Below, piece by piece: positions 1 through 12,082 of a stretch of DNA of 64,000 bases. Source of the DNA: the human T2T-CHM13v2.0 reference genome, Homo sapiens. The notes under the pieces were generated by a model. That model did not search any database and was not told the origin of the DNA. It saw nothing but the letters and a program-made list of their open reading frames with translations. Location of the stretch: NCBI RefSeq assembly GCF_009914755.1, contig NC_060929.1; one strand, written 5' to 3'. Numbering within the stretch: the first letter of the stretch is position 1; every line of letters begins with the position of its first letter. The position numbers were made by a program, and so were the translations under genes.

Positions 1-2215
1 GGTTTATTGGATCAAATGGTAGATCTACTTTTAGTTCTTTAAGAAATATCCATACTGTTTTCCATAGTGGTTGTACTAGTTTACATTCTTACCAGCAGTG
101 TGAAAGTGTTCTGTTTTCACAACATCCATGCCAACATCTATTTTTTTTTTAATTTTTAAATTATAGTCATCCTTGCAGGAGTAAGATAGTATTGCATTGT
201 GGTTTTGATTTGCATTTCCCGATAATTAGTGATGTTGAGCATTTTTTAATGTTTCTTGGCCATTTGTATATCTTCTTTTGAGAATTGTCTGTTCACGTCC
301 TTAGCCCACGTATTGATGGGATTATTTGTTTTTTTTTTTTCTTGCTGATTTCTTTTAGTTCCTTGTAGATTCTGGACATTAGTCCTCTGTTGAATGCATA
401 GTTTGCAAAAGATTTTCTTCCACTCTGTGGGTTGTCTGTATACTCTGCTGATTATTTCTTTTGCTGTGCAGAAAGTTTTTAGTTTAATTATTTATCTTGG
501 CTTTTGTTGCATTTGCTTTTGGGTTCTTGGTCATGAAGTCTTTGCCTAAGCCAATGTTTAGAAAGGTTTTTCTAATATCTTCTAGAATTTTTATGTTTTC
601 AGGTCTTAGACTTAAGTCTTTGATCCATCTTGAGTTGATTTTTATATAAGATGAGAGATAAGTATCCAGTTTCATTCTTCTACATGTGACTTGCCAATTA
701 TCCCAGCATCATTTGTTGAATACAGTGTCATTTCCCTATTTTATGTTTTTGTTTGCTTTGTTGAAGATCAGTTTGCTGTAAGTATTTGGGTTTATTTCTG
801 GGTTCTCTATTCTATTTCATTGGTCTATGTGCCTATTTTTATACCAGTGCCATGCTGTTTTAATGACTGTAGCCTTATAGTATAATTAGAAGTCAGGTAA
901 TGTGATGCCTCCAAATTTGTTCTTTTTGCTTAGTATTGCTTTGGCTGTGCAGGCTCTTGTTTTGTTCCATGTAAATTTTAGGATTGTTTTTTCTAGTTCT
1001 GTGAAGAATGATGATGGTATTTTGATGGGAATTGCATTTAATTTGCAGATTGCTTTTGGCAGTAAGGTCATTTTCACAATATTGATTCCAGCCATTCATG
1101 AGTATGCAAAGTGTTTCCATTTGTTTGTGTCACCTATGATTTCTTTCACCAGTGTTTTGAAGTTTTTCTTGTAGAGGTATTTCACCTCCTTGGTTAGGTA
1201 TATTCCTAAGTGGGTTTTGTTGTTGTTTTTGTTTTGCAGCTATTATAAAAGCAGTTACATTCTTGATTTGATTATCAGCTTGGTCACTGTTGGTGTGTAG
1301 CTGTGCTACTGATTTGTGTACATTAATTTTACATTAAATTCTGAAACTTCACTGAATTCATTTATCAGATCTAGGAGCTTTTTGGATAAGTCTTTATGGT
1401 TCTCTGGGTATACAATTCACCAGTAAACAGTGACAGTTTGACTTTCTCTTTACCGATTTGGATGCCCTTTGTTCCCTTCTCTTTTCTGATTGCTCTGGCC
1501 AGGACTTCCAGTACTATGTTTAATAGAAGTGGTGATAGTGGGCATTCTTGTCTTGTTCCAGTTCTCAGGGGGAATTCTTTCAACTTTTCCCCATTCAATA
1601 TAATGTTGGCTGTGGGTTTCTCATAGATGGCTTTTATTACCTTAAGGTATGTCCTTTCTATGCTGATTTTGTTAAGGGTTTTATTCATAAAGGGATGCTG
1701 GATTTTGTCAAATGTTTTTTCTCTGTTGAGATGATCGTGTGAATTTGTTTTTAATTCTGTTTATGTGGTGTATCACATTTATTGACTTGCATATATTAAA
1801 CTATCCCTGTGTCCCTGGTATGAAACCCATTTGATCATGGTGGATTATCTTTTTGATATGCTGTTGGATTCAGTTAGCTAGTATTTTGTTGAGGATTTTT
1901 GTATCTATGTTCATCGGGGATATTGATCTGTAGTTTTCCTTTTTGATATTGTCCTTTCCTGGCTTTGGTATTAGGGTGATACTAACTTCATAGAATGATT
2001 TAGAGAGGATTCTCTCTTTCCCTATCTTTTGGAATAGTTTCAATAGGACTGGCACCAATTCTTCTTTGAATATCTGAAAGAATTTAACTGTGAATCCATC
2101 TGGTCCTGGACTTTTTTGTTGGCAATTTTAAAATTACCATTTCAATCTTGCTGCTTGTTATGGGTTTGTTCAGGGTTTCTATTTCTTCCTGGTTTAATCT
2201 GTGAGGGTTGTATGT
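1..2215 (-). mobile_element. LINE-1 ORF2 fragment (older primate L1, L1PB/L1MA-like), decayed
   Basis: Minus-strand ORF fragments match L1 ORF2 ([41 protein letters not shown]); many stops and frameshifts. Confidence 0.95.
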
Positions 2216-2221
2216 TAATAA

Positions 2222-2393
2222 CTTCTCTTTTTATTTTTTACTCAGCTCATGAGGCACCCACTTATCAAGCTTTTTCACCTTTCCAATTTGCTTCAAATGC
2301 CAAACGACCACAGAAGGGTCAACATTGAGTTCTTTGGCAACTTTTCGTATAGTTGTAAGAGGATCAGCTTTGATTATTGCTCTCAATTTGTCT
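2222..2393 (-). mobile_element. Hsmar1 mariner transposase fragment
   Basis: Reverse strand reads DKLRAIIKADPLTTIRKVAKELNVDPSVVVWHLKQIGKVKKLDKWVPHEL, containing the mariner WVPHEL motif. Confidence 0.9.
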
Positions 2394-2621
2394 CATGTTG
2401 CTCTCAATATGGTGAAGATATTTGCAAATTCCCCCTGTGTATTATACTTCTTTAAGAGGGATTTAAAAAATAACAGGAATTACTAAAGATTCCAAAAGAC
2501 CTCCAAAGCCTGTGGACATGGAGGATCCAAGCCTATATCTCCAAGGAGGAAAGAAAAATAATGCTAATATCTGGGGTACAGATGAGAATAAAGGGAAATT
2601 TGCAGTAAGATGTATACTTAC

Positions 2622-2728
2622 ATTGGTGCAAAAGTAATTGCAGTTTCAGACCGTGAATTTTAAATTATTATAACTAGGCTCAAACACATCTTTATTAATC
2701 AAAATAGGAACCATTACAGACAACACAT
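2622..2728 (-). mobile_element. Hsmar1 3' terminal inverted repeat and adjacent end
   Basis: ttggtgcaaaagtaattgcagtttcagaccgtgaattttaaa...aggaaccattac matches the Hsmar1/MADE1 TIR and the element's 3' end as recalled. Confidence 0.85.
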
Positions 2729-2729
2729 A

Positions 2730-4705
2730 GGTGCACATCCCTAACCTCGGCAAAATAAACTTTCTAAATTAACTGAGACCTGTCTCAGATTTTGGGGGTT
2801 TACATTTTGGTAACTACAAAGGGATTCTGGGTGGAGATGCCCTTGATTTTTGACAAAGCTCATATCAGTGCTTGGTACCAGCTTGAGCTATCTTTATGGG
2901 TCAAACCAGTAAGACAATTTGCTGAGGCCTGGAAGCACACCCTCCAGAGAATCCTTAATCTCCCCAAATTTAATCAAGATCTAAATTTTATTTTGCTATA
3001 CAACTCCTTTTTTTTTTTTTTTTTTGGAGTTTTACTTGCTTTCAGCACAAGGAAGGCAAGCTCTTCCTGCTTTCAAGATGATGGACAGCAGTTGACTCCT
3101 TTATGGAATTTCAGCTTGCTTCCAATAGGGAATATGAGATTTTTTTCCTGGTCCTAGGATGGTAGAGAGAAGTCTTCAGCCTGAGACCCATTCCTAGGTA
3201 GGTAACTAAGTTGGGGTTTGTCTTGGCTAAAGTTAAAATTAACAGCCATCTGGTCTTAATTTCTCCTTACCATTAGAGCACTCAGTAATCATATAAGTTA
3301 CGCGATCATTTGTTTTGCTTAACTGTTTTTTTGTTGTTGTTATTGTTGTTTGTTTCTGTTTTTGTTGTTTTGATTTGTTTCCCATTGGGTTTGACCAACT
3401 CTATCCGTCTTGATCGAATCTGAAGGAAAGCTCCAAATTATGAGGAATGAGGTCTCTGAAATGGCTAAATTCCCACCAAAAAAAAAAAGTGGTATGGTGG
3501 GAGGAGAAAAACGGCCAGAAAAAGGAAAACAAAAAAGGAAAGATTTCTGATTTTGACTACTTAAGGGGCTTTATTTACATACAAGGCAACCCTTTTGCTA
3601 GCCAGGTGAAACTGAAAGCAATGGCTGTCACCCCATGCTACAGTTTGATAGCTAAGGTTCTGCCTTTTTTCCACCATGACAGCCTGGATTTTGGTTCCTA
3701 AATCAAGTTCTTTCTGGTTTGATACTTGGTACTTCTGAAATAGTGGCAATCTGCCCTAGCTGAAATATGGTAATGAGATTTAAAAAGATTTTGTTTTAAG
3801 AGCTCAATGGTTAAAGTCAGCTTAATTAAAAGCTAACCTCCAAGATGTGTCTGTGTCTATGTGTGTTTGTATTTAAAAGGCCTTTATATTTGTTTTTTGT
3901 TTCCTTTCCTAGGACGTTGTCCTTTTTATTGAGCAAAAGTTTTTGTCTTCTCAGCTGATCAAACTCTGTTTTGTTCATTTACTTCTGCTGTCTCTCCTTT
4001 CTCTTGCACCCTCTGCTGCATGAGGGACCTAAAATAGTTTATAACAGCCTGGGTGGGGTTCCTTAAAGAAAACAGAGAAGGCCCCAGACTCCCTTTGGGG
4101 GATAAACCTGTTTTTCCTTATGGAAGCCCAAGAGTGTGAACAGATAAGTTCATCTCAGCTTTAAACTGCTTGCTTTTGTATTATGTTACCTGATTTACTG
4201 ACTAAAATAGTTATTGAAACAGGTTACTCTTGGGTTTTTAAAGAAGAGTGTAGTGTAGACACTTAGAAATGTCTGTTTCAAACAAATTGTTTAAAGTGTA
4301 CTGTAAAAACATCACATTGTCTAACCTCATAATAATTCTCCCGGTTTGGAAACCCAGGATTAAGTGTGGGCTCTGCCCGGAGCTCATTGATCCAGTTAAA
4401 AGATAGGTAGTCCCTACCTAAATACGATTGGTTTTCTCATACAATCCCATGATAGATTTTTGTAATTTTATGTTTGATTTGACATTCATTTTTAATCTCC
4501 CTCTAGCACACCAGACTTTTCTCTGTACCTTATGATGTAAAATTTGCTATTTGATTTTCACCTGAGTTATTTCCTTTAATATGCATATTTAATGCTATTT
4601 AGCTTACAACTACCTAGGGTTGTGAAACAGCTTATCAAGAATTTGAAAGTCTGACAGGAATAAAAAGGTTTTTGTGAATCTATAATATAGTTATTTCTAT
4701 CAGCA
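2730..4705 (+). mobile_element. ERV1 (MER4-group; LTR8/HUERS-P1-like): LTR 3' end plus non-coding internal region
   Basis: LTR end ...aaaataaactttctaaattaactgagacctgtctcaga...ttaca (ends 2804), then a TGG-initiated PBS-like tggtaactacaaagggat and MER4-group-like internal sequence; subfamily assigned by recall. Confidence 0.7.
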
Positions 4706-7700
4706 TTCCTGATGAAGCTGGGGACACTGAATTTGTAAATTCCGATGAGCCTTTTTTTGCCAGAAGAAACAACTTCCCCATCCCCAGTGGGGGCAACATC
4801 CCTCCCTGACCCACGCTGCCATCAGCTTTTCCACCTTTGTCTGAGAAGATAAAGCCTGTGCTGCCTGAGGCAACAGTGATGGCCTCCCCTGAGGCAGTTG
4901 TGAGGCAAGACAATGTTTATTCTCCTCAGGAACCACTCCCAACCTATAACTAGAAGCAGGCCCCTAGAGGTGAGGTTCATAGTGTGACCCACAAGGAGGT
5001 GTGCTACATTCCAAAAGAACTACTTGAGTTTTCTAATTTATATAAGCAGAAATCTGGAGAACAGGCAGGGGAATGGCTATTAAAGGTGTGGGATAATGTT
5101 GGAAGAAACATAGAGGTTGATCAGGCTGAATTTATTGATTAGGGCCCACTACACAGGGATTATGCATTTAATGTTGCAGCTCAGGAAGTTAAAAAGGTTC
5201 TAATTGTTGGTTTGCTTGGTTAGCTGAAATATGGGTTAAAAGATCGCCCACTGTGGGTGAGCTGGAAATGCCTAATCTCCCTTGGTGTAATGTACAGGGA
5301 GGGATCAAAAGGCTTAGGAAGATTGGGATGCTGGAGTGGATTAGTCACTTTAGACCTACTCATCCAAGCTGGGAGGGTCCAGAAGACATACCCTTCACTA
5401 ATACTTTGCAAAACAGATTCGTGAGGGCAGCATCTGCATCCTTGAAGAGCTCTGTGATTGCTCTTCTCTGTATGCCAGATCTAACAGTGGGAACCGCAGT
5501 CACTCAACTACAAAATTTAAATGCAATGGGAATAATTGGATCCCGAGGTGGCACGAGCCAAGTGGCGGCACTCAACCATCAAAGGCAAGGTGGGCATAGC
5601 TACCATAATGGACAGCAGAGGCAAAGCAGCCATCAGAATAGTCTGACTCATGTAGAGCTCTGGCATTGGCTAATTAATCACAGTGTTCCTAAAAGTGAAA
5701 TTGATAGGAAGCCCACTGCATTCTTACTTAATTTATATAAGCAGAAAACTTCCAGGCTGAGTGGACAAAAGACTAATTTGAATTATATAAACAGAATCAC
5801 AGCCCCTCAATCAATTTCCAGACTTGAACCAGTTTACAGACCTAGAACCCCTTCAATGAAGAGGAGGCCAGGTCCCCTTGAGGAATGACCCCACTACACT
5901 ACCAACAATTTATGCTGTTAATCTTTCTCCCATCCTTCCCCAAGGAGACCTCTGGCCTTTTACCAGGATAACTATGCACTGGGGAAAGGGAAATGATCAG
6001 ACATTTTGAGGACTACTGGACACTGGCTCTGAGCTGACACTGATTTCAGGGACCTAAAACATCATTGTGGCCTTCCAGTAAAAGTAGAGGCTTATGGAGA
6101 TCAGGTAATTAATGGAGTTTTAGCTTTTGTCTGACTTACAGTGGGTCCAGTGGGTCCCTGGACTCATCCTGTGGTCATTTCCCCAGTGCTGGAATGCATA
6201 ATTGGCATAGACATACTTTGCATCTGGCAGAACCCCCACAGTGGCTCCCTGACTGGTAGGGTGAGGGCTATTATGGTGGGAAAGACCAAATGGAAGCCAT
6301 TAGAGCTGCCTCTACCTAGAAAAATAGTAAATCAAAAACAATATCACATCCCTGGAGGGATTGTAGAGATTAGTGCCACCATCAAAAACTTGAAAGATGC
6401 AGGGTTGGTGATTCCCACTACATCCCAGTTCAACTCTCTTATTTGGCCTGTGAAGAGGACAGATGGATCTTGGAGAATGACAGTGGATTATCATAAGCTT
6501 AACCAAGTGGTGACTCTGATTGCAGCTACTGTACCAGAAATGGTTTCATTGCTTGAGCAAATTAACACATCTCTTGGTACCTGGTATGCAGCCATTGATT
6601 TGGCAAATGCCTTTTTCTCCATTCCTGTCCATAAGGCCCACCAGAAGCAATTTGCCTTCAGCTAGCAAGGCCAGCAATATCCTATCTTTGGGGTATATCA
6701 ACTCTCCAGCTTTGTGTCATAATCTTGTTTGGAGAGATCTTGATCACTTTTCCCTTCCCCAAGATATCAAACTGGTCTGTTACATTGATGACATTATGCT
6801 GATTGGACCCAGTGAGCAAGAAATAGCAAACACGCTGGATTTGTTGGTGGGACATTTGTATGCCAGAGGATGGGAAATGAATCTGACTAAAATTCAGGGA
6901 CCTTCTACCTCAGTAAAAGTTCTAGGAGTTCAGTGGTTGGGGCCTGTCGAGATATTCCTTCTAAGGTGAAGGATAAGTTCTGCATTTGGCCCCTTCTACA
7001 ACAAGGAAAGAGGCATAACACCTAATGGGCCTATTTAGATTTTGAAGACAACATATTCCTCATTTGGGTGTGTTATTCTGGCTCATTTATTGAATGACCC
7101 AAAAGGCTGCCACTTTTGAGTGAGGTCCAGAACAGGAGAAGGCTCTGCAACAGGTCCAGGCTGCTGTGCAAGCTTTTCTGCCATTTGGGCCATATGACCC
7201 AGCAGATCCAATGGTGCTTGAGGCACAGTGGCAGACAGGAATGTTGTTGGGAGCCTTTGGCAGGCCCTCATAAGTGAATCACAATGGAGGCCTCTAGGAT
7301 TGTGGAGCAAGGCTCTGCTATCTTTTTCAGATAACTACTCTCCTTTTGAGAGACAGCTCTTGGCCTGTCACTGGGTTTTGGTGGAAACTGAACATTTGAC
7401 TATGGGTCATCAAGTTACCATGCAACCTGAACTGTCTATCATGAACTGGGTGCTTTCTGACCCATGTAGCCATAAAGTGGGGCACGCACAGCAGCATTCC
7501 ATCATCAAATGGAAGTGGTGTATACGTAATTGGGCTTGAGCAGGTCTTGAAAGCACACGTAAGTTACATGAGGAAGTGGCTCAAATGCTTATGTACTCCA
7601 CTCCTGCAACCCTGCCTTCTCTCCCTCAGCCTGCACTGTTGGTCTCATGGGGAGTTCTTTATGATCAGTTGACAGAGAAAGAGAAGACTAGTGCCTGGTT

Positions 7701-9661
7701 CACAGATGGTTCTGCATGACATGCAGGCACCACCCAAAAGTGGACAGCTGCAGCAATACAACCTCTTTCTAGGACATCCCTGAATGACAGTGGTGAAGGA
7801 AAATCTTCCCAGTGGGCAGAACTTTGAGCAGTGCACCTGGCTGTGCACTTTGCGTGGAAGGAAAAATGGCCAGACGTGAAATTATATACTGTAGCCAATG
7901 GTTTGGCTGGATGGTTAGTGACTTGCAAGAAATATGACTGGAAAATTAGTGACAAAGAAATTTGGGAAATAGGTATGTGGATGGACCTCTCTGAGTGGTC
8001 AAAAACTGTGACATTTGTATCCCATGTGATTGTTCACCAACGGGCCACCTCAGCAGAGGAGGATTTTAATAATCAAGTGGATAGGATGACTCATTCTGTG
8101 GACACCACTCAGCCTCTATCCCCAGCCACCCCTGTAATTGCCCAATGGGCCCATGAACAAAGTGGCCATGGTGGCAGGGATGGAAGTTACACATGAGCTC
8201 AGCAACATAGACTTCCACTCACCGAGGCTGACCTGGCTACGGCCACTGCTGAGTGCCCAATTTGCCAGCAGCAGAGACCAACACGGAGCCCTTGATATGG
8301 CACCATTCCTTGGGGTGATCAGCCAGCTAGTTGGTGGCAGGTTCATTATATTGGGCCTCTTCCATCATGGAAAGGACAGCAATTTGTCCTCACTGGAATA
8401 GACACTTACTCTGGATATGGGTTTGCCTATCCTGTGTACAATGCTTCTGCCAAGACTTCCACTCATGGACTCACAGAATGCCTTATCCACCATCCACCAT
8501 CATGGTGTTCCACACAGCATTGCCTCTGACCACGGCACTCACTTTACGGCTAAAGAAGTGTGGCACTGTGCTCATACTCATGGAATTCACTGGTCTTACC
8601 ATGTTCCCCATCATCCTGAAGCAGGTGGAATGCCCTTTTGAAGTCACACTTACAACACCAACTATGTGACAATACTTTGCAGGGCTGGGGCAAAGTTATC
8701 CAGAGGGCTGTGTATGCTCTGAATCAGCATCCAATATATGGTACTGTTTCTCCCATAGCCAGGATTCACAGGTCCAGAAATCAAGGGGTGGAAGTGGAAG
8801 TGGCACCACTCTCCATCACCTCTAATGACACACTAGCAAAATTTTTGTTTCCTGTTCCCATGACATTATATTCTGCTGGCCTAGAGGTCTCAGTTCCAGA
8901 GGGAGGAATGCTGCCAACAGGGGAAACAATAACGATTCAATTTAACTGGAAGTTAAGATTGCCACCTGGACACTTTTCCTACCTAAGTCAACAGGCTAAG
9001 AAGGGAGTTACAGTGTTGGTTGGGGTGATTTTCCCAGACTATCAAGATGAAATCAGTCTACTACACCACAGTGAAGCTAAGGAAGAGTATGTGTGGAATA
9101 CAGGAGTTAGGGCATCTCTTAGTTTTACCATGCCCTGTGATGAGGGTCATTGGGAAACTGCAACAGCCCTATTCAGGCAGAACTGCAAATGGGTTCCAGA
9201 CCCCTCAGGAATGAAGGTTTGGGTCACTCCACCAGGTAAAAAACCACGACCTGCTGAGGTGCTTGCTGAAGTCAAAGGGAATACAGAATGGGTAGTAGAA
9301 TAAGGCAGTCATCGATGCCAGCTACGACCATGTGACCAGTTGCAGAAATGAGGACGATAATTGTCATGAGTATTTCCTCCTTATTTTGTTAAGAACATGT
9401 TTGTGCATTTATACACTTGTACTAAGAAAATATTTTATTTCCTTTTTTCTTCATCATATAAGATTTATTGACTTTATATTAGCATTTAAGCGTTGTTAAT
9501 TTTATGTAATAGCATTTGGGTTGGGGATTGGTGCATTTCCAGTTGTACGAAGAATAGTTGCATTATGTTAGGTGTAATTATGACCTTATTATTGTCTTTG
9601 TTTGAAGATTATGTATGGTTTCAGGAGATGTATATGGGTTCAAGTTGACAAGGGGAGGACT
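4706..9661 (+). mobile_element. HERV-L internal region (5'-truncated gag, pol, dUTPase), decayed
   Basis: ERV-L gag (5253-5888), RT ([24 protein letters not shown]), RNase H (AWFTDGS), integrase (HEQSGHGG, SDHGTHF), dUTPase-like (LRLPPGHF); polypurine tract aaggggagga just before the LTR. Confidence 0.95.
5950..9303 (+). pseudogene. HERV-L protease/RT/RNaseH/integrase/dUTPase reading frame, multiply disrupted
   Basis: GLLDTGS protease motif near 6010; ORF pieces 6141-6665, 6520-6969, 7228-7539, 7831-8196 and 8638-9303 separated by stops and frameshifts. Confidence 0.9.
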
Positions 9662-10100
9662 TGTGATGGTTAATATTGCCAACTTGATTGGAGTGAAGGA
9701 TGCAGAGTATTGTTCCTGGGTGTGTCTGTGACGGTGTTGTCAAAGGAGATTAACATTTGAGTCAGTGGACTGGGAAAGGCAGACCCACACTCAATCTGGG
9801 TGAGCACATTCTAATCAGCTGCCAGTGAGGCCAGTATTAAAGCAGGCAGAAGAACGTGGGAAGACTAGACTGGTTTAGTCTTCCGGCCTACATCTTTCCC
9901 TCATGCTGAATGCTTCCTGCCATCGAATATCAGACTTCAAGTTCTTCAGCTTTGGTATTCAGACTGGCTTCCTTGCTCCTTAGCTTGCACACGGCCTACT
10001 GTGGCACCTCACCTTGTGATTATGTGAGTCAATACTCCTTAATGAACTCCCCTTTATATATACATCTATTAGTTCTGTCCCTCTAGAGAACCCTAATGTA
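9662..10100 (+). mobile_element. MLT2A (HERV-L) 3' LTR
   Basis: Begins tgtgatggttaatattg directly after the PPT and ends ...ctagagaaccctaatgta; matches the MLT2A consensus as recalled. Confidence 0.92.
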
Positions 10101-10102
10101 GT

Positions 10103-10180
10103 AGGTGTTATTATTATTCCCCTTTTAAAGATGAAGAAATCAAAACACAGAGAGGGTAAGTAGCCTGCCCAGGATCACAT
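10103..10180 (-). mobile_element. MIR fragment
   Basis: attattcccctttt...gatgaagaaa...agagagggtaagtagcctgcccaggatcaca MIR core. Confidence 0.7.
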
Positions 10181-10477
10181 AGGTTTTAAGACAGTGACAC
10201 CTGAGGATAGGTTGGGTACCATGCTTGCTAACCCTATAGGGCAGTGACTTCACTCTGCAACCTTATGAAGCCCTCTGAATAATTACCTCATTTTTATTTT
10301 TTATTATTCAGAATTTCACGGGTGACCTAAATAACCACTAGGTGTTTTAGTTTCCTAGTTTGCATTTTTGCATAACTTAAAGATTTCAGGTCATTGAATT
10401 TCATTTGCTTATACTTTTTTGTTTGCATGTTTAAATCAATTTTGCTTCTTGTACAAAGCAAGCCTTGTTTTCCTCAG

Positions 10478-10534
10478 AGCTCTAGAAACCAACAAGTGTA
10501 CCCAAACCACAGCCACGTACCTCTTGCTTGCTGA
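10478..10534 (+). CDS. IRGM: IRGM alternative 3' coding exon (IRGMd-type tail), phase-0 reading SSRNQQVYPNHSHVPLAC*
   Basis: Same acceptor as the SNRK-derived exon; phase-0 frame begins SSRNQQV, which I recall as the IRGMd C-terminus; TGA at 10532-10534. Confidence 0.6.
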   Translation, partial: SSRNQQVYPNHSHVPLAC

Positions 10535-10612
10535 AAGGATCCTGAGAGAAAAGCAAGACAAAGAAATACAGATCAGCTCCGCAAGCCCTAGAAATAGCAA
10601 GGCCCAGCTCAG
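10478..10612 (+). pseudogene. SNRK: Duplicated (unprocessed) SNRK exon, UBA/post-kinase region, 135 nt with intact AG/GT
   Basis: ttcctcag|A GCT CTA GAA...CAG CTC AG|gtgaga; translates [45 protein letters not shown] versus recalled SNRK [45 protein letters not shown]. Confidence 0.9.
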
Positions 10613-10749
10613 GTGAGAAAAAAAAATCTTCACTGATTTTAGTAAGTTTAAAGTTTGGAAATAGTAAACTTTTTTTTTTGTTGTTGTTGTTGTTAATGCT
10701 TCCTAACTTTGTGAGGCTAGAGAGTACAAATAGTGATCCCAACTTCCTG

Positions 10750-10860
10750 ACTCAGCTTCCTGATCTGTAAAATGGGAGTAATAATACTCTCTACCTCATG
10801 AGATTGTGGTGAAAGATATGCAAATCAATAGATGTGACATACTTAGGACAGGGCTCCATG
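10750..10860 (+). mobile_element. MIR fragment
   Basis: ctcagcttcctgatctgtaaaatgggagtaataatactctctacctcatgagattgtgg MIR core. Confidence 0.7.
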
Positions 10861-11324
10861 TGTTTGTTGCCATTGCTATGAATTTTTACCACCATTATTG
10901 TCTTCAGGAATAAATGACTACCCTTCTTCTCTCTTCCTTCCTCTACCTCTTCCTTCCTCTCTTCCTCTCTTCCAGCTCCTCCTCCTCTCTCCTCATCTTC
11001 CCACCTTTTTTTGCCATATTACTTTCCACTTAAAATAAAAACATAGAAAGGGTTTACTTTTTGAGCTCATCACTATGAAATTTATTTAGAATTTATCTTT
11101 ATCCATTTAGATATAGGTAATTTGTAGAATTGTAGTAAAACTGAAGGGTATTCCCAATTCTGAATACATCTGATTTGTGCATCCAAATATGTATATTTAT
11201 TACTGTTATAAGGTCTATATAATTATTATTATTGTGTAATTATTATTATTGGAAAAGATAAATGTATAATTATTGTTGTTATATTATTATTATTTAAAAT
11301 TTGTTATGAGAATAATTATTATTG

Positions 11325-11570
11325 TCTCTTAGGATTCTTTCAGTAAGAAAGAAATAAGTGGCTGCAATGTGGGTATACCTGTTGGTTTCCAGGGCTCTAA
11401 GGAAAACAAAGTTTACTTTTTACAAGAGGTATAATTGATTTAATGAAGCAAATGAAAAAATACTAGCAAAATTCAATGACTTGGAATCTTTAAATTATGC
11501 AAAAATACACACTAGGGGTTAAAACACCTAGTAATTACTTAGGTCACTCTTGACTCTTGAAATTCTAAAA
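11325..11570 (-). pseudogene. SNRK: Second, inverted copy of the SNRK intron-end/exon fragment
   Basis: Reverse strand ttttccttag|A GCC CTG GAA ACC AAC AGG TAT...; translates ALETNRYTHIAATYFFLTERILR; 57/72 nt identical to 10478-10549, and about 170 nt of intron also align. Confidence 0.9.
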
Positions 11571-11959
11571 ACAACTGCATAAAAATGTTCATATCAGTAA
11601 GAAAAATCCAAAATGCTGATGGTAGCTGAGATGGATGTCAGTGTTAGATGCATAAGAAAAGGTAATGAGTAAAAAGGGAAAGGTAAATGAAGCTTCCAAG
11701 GATGTGCAGGTTATCCAAAAATTTAATTGCATGCCAGTGTTTATTTTTGTTAAACTGGCTTACTTGCTTCCATCAGAAGTAAGAAATGTAGATGAGGTCT
11801 GTATTACATAAATGTGCATTGAAACACCAGTGTCAATCAGAAAAATTAGAAAAATCTTTGTTTTCAGATTCTCTTTGCATTTATTGGTAATTTAAGCACT
11901 AAAGAATTATTCATGTGTTAAGAATATGTCATCATTAACCTCTTTGAATGAAAGCAATG

Positions 11960-12040
11960 TATTCATTCATCCATTTAAAAAGTAATGCTTGCCAAGTACT
12001 TAGTCTGGCCAGGCACTGTGCTGGCTAGGCACTGGGGGTA
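11960..12040 (-). mobile_element. L2 3' end fragment
   Basis: attcattcatccatttaaaaagta...ccaggcactgtgctggctaggcactgggg. Confidence 0.65.
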
Positions 12041-12082
12041 TAACTTCCACAAGGCTCACATTCCCTACCCACTCTCTTGCAG

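Noticed and set aside
5253-9303. HERV-L ORFs as a domesticated gene
   Set aside because: Fragmented by many stops and frameshifts; no evidence of preservation
10419-10616. 65-aa ORF as a standalone gene
   Set aside because: Starts at TTG in intron sequence; it is the SNRK exon frame plus flanking intron
10920-11325. CT-rich and ATT-rich tracts in the inverted-repeat loop
   Set aside because: Low-complexity sequence; no independent evidence of function
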